A stretch of 64,000 nucleotides of DNA, taken from a plasmid. The stretch is from sequence record NZ_CP024426.1; one strand, 5' to 3'. Of this stretch, positions 57,328-64,000 are shown piece after piece; the stretch's first letter is position 1, and each line of letters opens with the position of its first letter. The notes beneath the pieces were generated by a model that saw nothing but the letters and a program-made list of their open reading frames with translations, ran no database searches and was not told the origin of the DNA. Made by a program: the position numbers and the translations under genes.

Positions 57328-58694
57328 GAGGGCGCGCTGTCGCCCAGGCGATCGTACCAGCGCCGGGCATGAAGGCGCAGCGCGTCGGCCTGCGCGGGCA
57401 CCGGCCAGGTCCGGGTGGCGGGTGCGGTGCGGGGCGGCAGGCACAGCAGCGCCGCCCCGACCGAGGTCCCCGTGGCCGAGGTCGCGGTTTCCACCCCCTC
57501 GCCGCGCAGCGCGGCCAGCATGTCGAGAAAATCGCCATTGCGGGCGAAGGGCCCCTCGACGATGACCGGGCCCTGCGCGCCGACCAGGCGTAGGCAACTG
57601 TCGGTCATCAGCGCCAGATACCAGGACAGGGCGGCCATGCGCTGGCAGTCGCCCGCAGGCGGTCGGGTCCACGCCATTGTGCGGCCACGGAATGGGCCGG
57701 AACCCGGCTCGACCGCCGGCAGGATCATCAGCCCGGCGTCCAGCGCGGCCGCGCGGTCGCGGTCGGACGGCTCGGCGGCGCTGCCGGCGCGAATGATCTC
57801 GAACTCGCGCCCGCCCATGAACCGGGCCGAGGGCGTGGGCGCCCCCAGCGCATTCACATTGACCAGCACGTCGCGGCCTGGGTCCAGCGCGCCGGGCCGG
57901 CCGCCCACCGCCATCGCCACCACCCAGGTGCCGGTCGAGACCACCGAGAACGCCCCCTGCCGCCCCAGCACATGCGCGAAAAGCGAGGCGTTGCTGTCAT
58001 GGATGCCGACCGCGACCGGCGTGCCGGCCGGGATGCCGGTGGCCTGCGCGACATCGGGCAGCAGGCCGCCCAGCACCTCGTTCGCGCGGCGCGCCGGGGC
58101 GATGCGGCCGGTCAGGTCCAGCCGTTCGACCAGATCCGAGAACCGTCCCGACCAGGGGTTCCAAAGATCGGTGTGGCAGCCCAGCGAGGTCACGTCGCTG
58201 GCGCGTTCCCCCGTCAGCCGCCAGCCCCAGTATTGCGGATAGGTCACGACATCGGCGACGTGCCCCGCAACATCGGGGTCCGACAGCAGCCAATGCAGTT
58301 GCGCGCCCAGGTTCAGCCCCATGGGCAGCCGGGGCGAGCCGGTCTGCGCGAAATCGGGCCGGATCGCGTCATAGGCAGCGGCCAGAGTGTCGGGGCCGGG
58401 GTGTTCGTAGTCCAGCATCGGCAGCGCCCGCCCCTGCCCCTCCAGCAGCACGGCCGAGGCGCCATGCGTCGTCACCGAGATCGCATCGACGCCGTGCCGG
58501 GCATGGAAATCGGCCAGGTGGTGCAGAAAGAACTGCCAATGCCCCTCAAGGTCGAAATGCGGCCAGGGGGGGCCGGGCAGGACGCGGTTCGGGCGGGTGA
58601 CGACGGCGATCTCGGCCAGGGTCTCGGCCTCGACCAGCGCCAGCTTGGCATTGGTCTTGCCGATGTCGATGACGGCGATGCGGGCGGGGGTCAT
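57324..58694 (-). CDS. FGGY-family carbohydrate kinase (rhamnulokinase-like)
   Basis: N-terminal [15 protein letters not shown] and FGGY motifs. Located in the rhamnose cluster. Start at MTPARIAV. Confidence 0.8.
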   Translation of the reverse strand: MTPARIAVIDIGKTNAKLALVEAETLAEIAVVTRPNRVLPGPPWPHFDLEGHWQFFLHHLADFHARHGVDAISVTTHGASAVLLEGQGRALPMLDYEHPGPDTLAAAYDAIRPDFAQTGSPRLPMGLNLGAQLHWLLSDPDVAGHVADVVTYPQYWGWRLTGERASDVTSLGCHTDLWNPWSGRFSDLVERLDLTGRIAPARRANEVLGGLLPDVAQATGIPAGTPVAVGIHDSNASLFAHVLGRQGAFSVVSTGTWVVAMAVGGRPGALDPGRDVLVNVNALGAPTPSARFMGGREFEIIRAGSAAEPSDRDRAAALDAGLMILPAVEPGSGPFRGRTMAWTRPPAGDCQRMAALSWYLALMTDSCLRLVGAQGPVIVEGPFARNGDFLDMLAALRGEGVETATSATGTSVGAALLCLPPRTAPATRTWPVPAQADALRLHARRWYDRLGDSAPS

Positions 58695-59008
58695 GGCAGG
58701 TGGAACATCGGGACCAGGGGGACGGCGACCGGGGCGCCGTCCGGCTGGGTCGCCATGATGTCGGCCATATGCGCCCACCAGCGCCGCATCACCAGATGGG
58801 CAGGCAGGTCGTCCATGCGGTGGTCGTCGGTCCGCCACAGCACGGCGAACAGGGCGTCGGTTTCCGGGTCCAGGTGGATCGAATAGTCCCGCACGCCCGC
58901 GTCCCGCAGCAGCGCGACCAGTTCCGGCCAGATCGCGTCGTGGCGGCGGCGGTATTCATCGGCCATGCCGGGGTTCAGCCGCATGCGAAAGGCGTGTTTC
59001 TGCATCAT
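58691..59008 (-). CDS. rhaM: L-rhamnose mutarotase
   Basis: [29 protein letters not shown] matches the RhaM family. ATGA overlap with the kinase gene. Confidence 0.8.
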   Translation of the reverse strand: MMQKHAFRMRLNPGMADEYRRRHDAIWPELVALLRDAGVRDYSIHLDPETDALFAVLWRTDDHRMDDLPAHLVMRRWWAHMADIMATQPDGAPVAVPLVPMFHLP

Positions 59009-60003
59009 GCCCTCCGCCGCATGGACCACAGGCGCGGGAGCGCGATCACCGCGATCAGCAGGGCGCCGACGACGATGGACATGACGATGCCCGGCACGTT
59101 CAGAAGCCCCAGCCCGAAGGTCACCAGCCCCATGACCACGGCCGCCAGCACCACGCCCAGGATGCTGCCCGAGCCGCCCAGGATGCTGACGCCGCCCAGG
59201 ACGACGATGGTCACGACCTCAAGCTCGAACCCCGAGGCGATCGAGGGGCGGGTGGATCCCAGGCGCGAGGTCAGGCAGACGGCGGCGATCCCGCTCATCA
59301 GCCCGGTCAGCAGGAACAGGATGAAGCGCACACGCTCGACCCGGATGCCGGAAAACCGTGCGGCGGTGGCGTTGTTGCCGATGGCCTGGACCATGCGGCC
59401 AAAGCTGGTGCGGTGCAGAAGCACGCCAAAGACCAGGGCGGCCAGCGCAAAGATCACCGGTTCGACCGTGATGACCCAGAAGACATAGCCCTGCCCGAAC
59501 CAGGCAAAGCTGTCGGGATAGCCGGTGAAGGCGCCGTCGCCCAGCACGATGTAACTGATGCCGCGAAACAGGCTCATGGTGCCGATGGTCACGACGATGG
59601 AGGGCAGGCCGAAGCGCGCGACCAGAAGCCCGTTGAACGCGCCGCAGAGAACCCCCGTGCCCAGGCCCAGGGCCACCAGCACCGGGGTCGAGGCTCCCGC
59701 CGCCATCGCCAGCCCTATGACCGTCGAGGCCAGCGCGATGATCGCGCCGACAGACAGGTCGATCTCGCCCGCGACGATCAGCATGGCCATGGCGAAGGCG
59801 ATCATCGCCTTTTCGGTGAAGTTGAAGCTGGCGTCCGACAGGTTCCACGGGTCCAGGAAATAGGGCGAGGCCCAGGCGTTCAGGGCAAAGATCGCGACCG
59901 CGACCAGGGCCAGCAGGGCCTCCCAGCTTTTCAGGGCGCGGGACGCGGGGCTGGTCAGGCGGTCGGGGATGTGACGGGCAGCGTTGTTTGGGACGGCGGT
60001 CAT
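59005..60003 (-). CDS. Sugar ABC transporter permease (rhamnose RhaQ-like)
   Basis: Ribose/rhamnose-type permease (10-TM) sequence. Start at MTAVPNN. Confidence 0.8.
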   Translation of the reverse strand: MTAVPNNAARHIPDRLTSPASRALKSWEALLALVAVAIFALNAWASPYFLDPWNLSDASFNFTEKAMIAFAMAMLIVAGEIDLSVGAIIALASTVIGLAMAAGASTPVLVALGLGTGVLCGAFNGLLVARFGLPSIVVTIGTMSLFRGISYIVLGDGAFTGYPDSFAWFGQGYVFWVITVEPVIFALAALVFGVLLHRTSFGRMVQAIGNNATAARFSGIRVERVRFILFLLTGLMSGIAAVCLTSRLGSTRPSIASGFELEVVTIVVLGGVSILGGSGSILGVVLAAVVMGLVTFGLGLLNVPGIVMSIVVGALLIAVIALPRLWSMRRRA

Positions 60004-60971
60004 GACGCGACCTCGGCTTTCTTCAGGATGATGCGGCCCGGCTCGCGCCGGCTCATGGCGTTGAAGGCGATGGCCAGCAGGATCGCGCTGCCCGAAATCG
60101 CCATCTGCCAAAAGGGCGAGATGCCGACCACCGGCAGGGCGTTCTTGATGATGCCCAGAAACAGCGCCCCCATGACCGCGCCCGCGACGGTGCCCGACCC
60201 GCCCGCGATGGCGATGCCGCCGATCACGCAGGCGGCGACCACGTCCAGTTCAAAACCCCCGGCGATATCCACATAGGCCACGGCATAGCGCGCCACCCAG
60301 AGGTATCCGGTCAGCCCGGCCAGCGCGCCCGACAGCACGAAGGCCGCGAACTGCGTGCGCCCAACCGAAATGCCGGTATAGACCGCCGCGTGGGGGTTGC
60401 CGCCGACCGCGTAAAGCGCGCGGCCAAGCGCGGTGCGGGTCAGCAGGATGGCGACGGCGGCAATCGCGGCCAGCGCGATCCAGGCCATGACCGGCAGGCC
60501 CAGCACGACATGGCGCGGCAGGGCCTTGAACCCCTCGCTCATCTGGTGGGCGTTGATCCAGGCGCCGCCGGTCATCAGGAAGATGCTGCCGCGATAGATC
60601 GTCATGGTGCCCAGCGTCACCACGATGGACGGGATGCCCAGCTTCCAGACCAGCAACCCGTTCACCGCCCCAAGCGCCGCGCCAAGCGCCACCACCGCCA
60701 GCAGGATCAGCGGCAGGGGCACACCCGCGCCGTTCATCAGCGCCGCGACCATGCCGCAGAGCGCCAGGTTCGCGGCCACCGACAGGTCGATGCATTTCGT
60801 CAGGATGACCGCCATCTGCCCCAGAGCCAGCAGGATCAGGGGCGCGGTGTCGGTGAAGACGCGAGCCAGGTTCGCCGGCGCGACAAAGCCCGGGAAGCGG
60901 CTGGCGATCAGCGCCAGCAGCGCCAGGATCGCAAGGCCAAGGATGGTTTCGCGCGATTTCAGCAGGCTCAT
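60000..60971 (-). CDS. Sugar ABC transporter permease (rhamnose RhaP-like)
   Basis: Branched-chain/ribose-type permease fold. Start at MSLLKSRE. Confidence 0.8.
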   Translation of the reverse strand: MSLLKSRETILGLAILALLALIASRFPGFVAPANLARVFTDTAPLILLALGQMAVILTKCIDLSVAANLALCGMVAALMNGAGVPLPLILLAVVALGAALGAVNGLLVWKLGIPSIVVTLGTMTIYRGSIFLMTGGAWINAHQMSEGFKALPRHVVLGLPVMAWIALAAIAAVAILLTRTALGRALYAVGGNPHAAVYTGISVGRTQFAAFVLSGALAGLTGYLWVARYAVAYVDIAGGFELDVVAACVIGGIAIAGGSGTVAGAVMGALFLGIIKNALPVVGISPFWQMAISGSAILLAIAFNAMSRREPGRIILKKAEVAS

Positions 60972-62506
60972 GCGGCTTTCCCCTGCGGTTGACCGATGCC
61001 CGCTGCGGCGCGGACCAGGTTTTCGGGTGTCATCGCCTCGCCCGCGAATTCGCCGGCAATGCGGCCTTCGCGCATGACGATGACGCGGTCGGACATGCCC
61101 AGCACCTCGGGGATCTCGCTGCTGACCATGATGACCGCCAGCCCCTCGGCGGCCAGTTCGGACATGAAGTCGTGGACGGCGGCCTTGGACCCGATGTCGA
61201 TGCCCTTGGTCGGCTCGTCCAGGATGATGACGCGGGGCCTGGTCGCCAGCCATTTGGCGATGACCACCTTCTGCTGGTTGCCGCCCGACAGCAGCCCCAC
61301 GTCCTGATCGAGGCTTGCCGCGCGCAGGTCCAGCCGGCGGGTGTATTCGCGGGCCAGCGCGAATTCCTGCGCCAGCCGCAGGAAGCCGTCGCGGCTGGTG
61401 CGGGAAAGCGACGGCAGCGTGACGTTCTGATAGATCGGCAGGCCCTTGATCGCGCCCTGCCGGCCCCGATCCTCGGGGACATAGACGATGCCCGCCTGAA
61501 CCGCCTGCGCGGTCGAGCGGATGACCCGCACCTGATCGTCGATGCGGCAGGCCCCGCGCGACGGCCGGGTGATGCCGAACAGCGCCTGCATCAGTTCCGA
61601 CCGGCCGGCGCCGACCAGGCCGTAAAAGCCCAGGATCTCGCCCCGGTGCAGGGTAAAGTCGATGCCCTCGAATTCGGTCGGATGGGCATAGCCCGCGACG
61701 GTCAGGACCGGCCGGCCGATCCGGGCCGGGCGCTTGGGATAGATCTGGTCGACCGAGCGGCCGACCATCATTCGCACCAGGTCGCCCTCGGTCACGTCGG
61801 CCATCAGACCCTGGCCCACGAATTGCCCGTCGCGGAACACGGTCCAGCGGTCGGCGATGCGAAAGATCTCGTCGAACTTGTGGCTGATGAACAGGATCGC
61901 CTTGCCCTGGCGCTTGAGCGTGTCGACCAGGTCGTAAAGCTCGGCGATTTCCTTGTGGGAGAGCGCGGCGGTCGGTTCGTCCATGATGACCACGCGCGCG
62001 TCGATGGATAGCGCCCGGGCGATGGCGACCAGGTGCTTGCTGGCTATCCCCAGGTCGCGCAGGCGCGTGCCGGGATCAAGCTCGGCGCCGATGCCGCGCA
62101 GGATGGCGCGGGCTCGCTCGCGCATGGCGGCGCGGTCGATCAGGCCCAGGCGGGTGCGGGGCGCGTGGCCGATGAAGATGTTCTCGGCCACCGTCAGTTC
62201 GTCGAACAGCACCGTTTCCTGGTGGATCGCCGTCACCCCCGCCTGCCCCGCCGCCTGGGCGGTAGGGAAATGCGCGGGGCGGCCATCGACCAGGATCTGC
62301 CCCTCGTCCGGCTGGTAGATGCCGGTCAGGACCTTGACGATGGTGGACTTGCCGGCGCCGTTCTCGCCCACCAGCGCCGTGACCTGGCCGGGGTAAAGGT
62401 CCAGTTCGACCCCGCCAAGGGCGCGGACACCGGGGAATGTCTTGACGATGCCGCGCAGCGACAGCACCGGCGCGGTGCCGTCCAGCGGCCGGGGTTCAGC
62501 CTGCAT
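60968..62506 (-). CDS. Sugar ABC transporter ATP-binding protein with duplicated ABC domains (RhaT-like)
   Basis: Two Walker A/signature sets (GENGAGKST…, GLVGAGRSEL…LSGGNQQK). Start at MQAEPRP. Confidence 0.85.
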   Translation of the reverse strand: MQAEPRPLDGTAPVLSLRGIVKTFPGVRALGGVELDLYPGQVTALVGENGAGKSTIVKVLTGIYQPDEGQILVDGRPAHFPTAQAAGQAGVTAIHQETVLFDELTVAENIFIGHAPRTRLGLIDRAAMRERARAILRGIGAELDPGTRLRDLGIASKHLVAIARALSIDARVVIMDEPTAALSHKEIAELYDLVDTLKRQGKAILFISHKFDEIFRIADRWTVFRDGQFVGQGLMADVTEGDLVRMMVGRSVDQIYPKRPARIGRPVLTVAGYAHPTEFEGIDFTLHRGEILGFYGLVGAGRSELMQALFGITRPSRGACRIDDQVRVIRSTAQAVQAGIVYVPEDRGRQGAIKGLPIYQNVTLPSLSRTSRDGFLRLAQEFALAREYTRRLDLRAASLDQDVGLLSGGNQQKVVIAKWLATRPRVIILDEPTKGIDIGSKAAVHDFMSELAAEGLAVIMVSSEIPEVLGMSDRVIVMREGRIAGEFAGEAMTPENLVRAAAGIGQPQGKAA

Positions 62507-62573
62507 GATCCGGTTCCTTGATATGTCCCGGCACGGGCAGCAGCCCATGCCGGAGGCCGACGGTCGCGACGGA

Positions 62574-63566
62574 TCAGAAGATCGCGGCGAACTGGTCGAT
62601 GTTGGAGGCGTCATAGACGAAGGGATCGGCCATCGCCGCCTCGGTCTTGTCGTCCAGCGTGATCTGGCCCATGCGGCCGATCGGGATGGTCGCGCCGGGC
62701 TCGGCCTTCACCTCGCCCTTGGCCAGGTGATAGGCGGCCATGGTCGCCGAATAGCCCAGGTCAATGGGGTTCCAGATCGCGAAAGACTTCGAGGCGCCCG
62801 ATTTCACATGCCCCGCCATTTCCGACGGCAGCCCCAGCCCGGTCACGTTCACCTGGCCGATCTTGCCCGCGTCCGTCACCGCCTGGGCGGCCGCGACGAT
62901 GCCCACGCTGGTCGGCGCGATGATGGCCTTGAGGTTCGGATAGGTCTGCATCAGGCCCTGCGCCTCGCGATAGGACTTGTCGGCCAGGTCGTCGCCATAG
63001 ACCGTACCCACGACCTTCACGTTCGGATAGTTGCCCGCGACCTTGTTCATCTCTTCGATCCAGGTGTTCTGGTTGGTCGAGGTGGTGGTGGCCGACAGGA
63101 CCGCGACCTCGCCGCCCTCGGGCAGATGGTCGGCGGCCAGCTTGATGATCGTGTTGCCGATCAGCGCGGGCGAGGACGGGTTCAGCTGCATCTGCCGCCC
63201 TTCGGGCGCGACGCCGCTGTCCCAGCTGATGACGGTGATGCCGCGCTGCATGGCCTTTTTCAGCGTCGGCACCAGCGCGTCGGTGTCATTGGCGCTGATC
63301 GCGATGGCGTCGACCTTTTGCGCGATCAGGCTGTTGATGACCTCGATCTGGCCCTCGGCGGTGGTGTCGGTCGGGCCGGTATAGATGATCTCGACGTCGC
63401 CCAGCTCCTTGGCGGCTTCCTGCGCGCCCTTGTTCGCGGCCTCGAAAAAGCCGATGCCAAGCGCCTTGGCGACCAGCGCGATACGCACGGGCTCGGCCTG
63501 CGCCGCCCCGGCCATCAAAGCGCTGGCGACGGCGGCCGTGGTCAGTGCCTTTCGGATGATGCTCAT
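62574..63566 (-). CDS. Rhamnose-type ABC transporter periplasmic binding protein (RhaS-like)
   Basis: Signal peptide AVASALMAGAAQA. Type I periplasmic binding fold. Confidence 0.85.
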   Translation of the reverse strand: MSIIRKALTTAAVASALMAGAAQAEPVRIALVAKALGIGFFEAANKGAQEAAKELGDVEIIYTGPTDTTAEGQIEVINSLIAQKVDAIAISANDTDALVPTLKKAMQRGITVISWDSGVAPEGRQMQLNPSSPALIGNTIIKLAADHLPEGGEVAVLSATTTSTNQNTWIEEMNKVAGNYPNVKVVGTVYGDDLADKSYREAQGLMQTYPNLKAIIAPTSVGIVAAAQAVTDAGKIGQVNVTGLGLPSEMAGHVKSGASKSFAIWNPIDLGYSATMAAYHLAKGEVKAEPGATIPIGRMGQITLDDKTEAAMADPFVYDASNIDQFAAIF

Positions 63567-63600
63567 GTGTCTTCCCCTCCCATTGAGCGTTTCGCGCCGC

Positions 63601-64000
63601 CTACTCTTCGGCGCGTTTTCGGTTGTCCGGCGCGGCCTCGGCCACGATCAGACGGATCTCCGCCGCTTCCAGCATGCGGGCGGCGCGGTCGTCGATGCCT
63701 TCGTCGGTGATGACGGTGTGGATGCGCGCCAGCGGGCAGAGCAGCAGGCTGGAGCGCTGGTCGAATTTCGAGCTGTCGGCCAGCACGATCAGTTCGTCCG
63801 CCTGGCCGATCAGCTTCTGTTCGGCCTGGATCAGCAGCGGGTCGCCCTCCATCAGCCCCAGCGGCCCGAGGCCCCGGCAGCCGATGAACATGCGCCGGGC
63901 ATAGAAATGGCTGCTGCCGTCCTCGTCGAAGGGCGACAGGATGATGTTCTGTTCGCGATAGATCGCGCCCGCCGGCAAAAGCACCGTGTTCTTGCTGTGC
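63601..64000 (-). CDS. DeoR-family transcriptional regulator, C-terminal sugar-binding domain (5' end beyond window)
   Basis: DeoR C-terminal domain sequence (…IQAEQKLIGQADELIVLADSSKF…). The ORF runs off the window edge. Confidence 0.6.
   Translation of the reverse strand, partial: HSKNTVLLPAGAIYREQNIILSPFDEDGSSHFYARRMFIGCRGLGPLGLMEGDPLLIQAEQKLIGQADELIVLADSSKFDQRSSLLLCPLARIHTVITDEGIDDRAARMLEAAEIRLIVAEAAPDNRKRAEE

Noticed and set aside
51754-57672. 1972-aa minus-strand ORF opposite the lipase-CHAT gene
   Set aside because: Same shadow-ORF artefact. No SD, no motifs. The plus-strand frame contains GHSMG and the CHAT dyad.
1-64000. CRISPR arrays, IS elements/transposases, integrases, tRNA and rRNA genes
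   Set aside because: No spaced direct repeats, no transposase- or integrase-like ORFs, and no tRNA-like cloverleaf candidates seen in intergenic regions. The only tandem repeats are the in-frame coding repeat at 24418-24483 and short operator-like palindromes.

Overview
High-GC (~65-70%) alphaproteobacterial (Paracoccus/Rhodobacteraceae-like) chromosomal window, densely coding on both strands. Annotated left to right:

1. A partial glycosyltransferase and a lipoprotein (1-1156).
2. A complete methylamine dehydrogenase cluster, mauR-like LysR then mauFBEDACJGMN (1263-10397).
3. Two tiny hydrophilic microprotein genes (10454-10883).
4. A carotenoid cluster: idi, crtE, crtZ, crtB, crtI, crtY, crtX, predicting zeaxanthin glucosides with no crtW (10873-18302).
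5. A 2006-aa SF1 helicase with a Vsr/DUF559-like endonuclease domain (19209-25115), convergent with and overlapping a standalone WGR-domain gene.
6. A TonB receptor / FecCD permease / ATPase operon under a cobalamin riboswitch (25417-29460).
7. An AraC-regulated leucine/isovalerate catabolic (liu) cluster (30838-40111).
8. An unusual operon of a fatty-acid-hydroxylase-family membrane enzyme, a Rieske ferredoxin, an orphan sugar-binding protein, a ferredoxin reductase and a sugar-phosphate isomerase, with a LacI regulator (40056-45660).
9. A bacterial type IB topoisomerase and a YihY-family gene (45784-48267).
10. A rhamnose utilisation cluster (57324-64000).

The most striking feature sits between yihY and the rhamnose cluster (48457-57327). 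It is a three-gene module I cannot assign to any described system:
- a 35-aa signal-peptide microprotein with a strong SD, whose mature peptide is GPCNPNVQRC;
- a 1094-aa polytopic membrane protein with a Cys-rich periplasmic solute-binding-protein-like domain;
- a 1789-aa cytoplasmic giant with two tandem lipase-type alpha/beta-hydrolase domains (SHSRG and GHSMG), a CHAT caspase-like protease domain (His/Cys dyad) and a helical repeat tail.

This module has locally reduced GC. I found no rRNA, tRNA, CRISPR arrays, IS elements or transposases.
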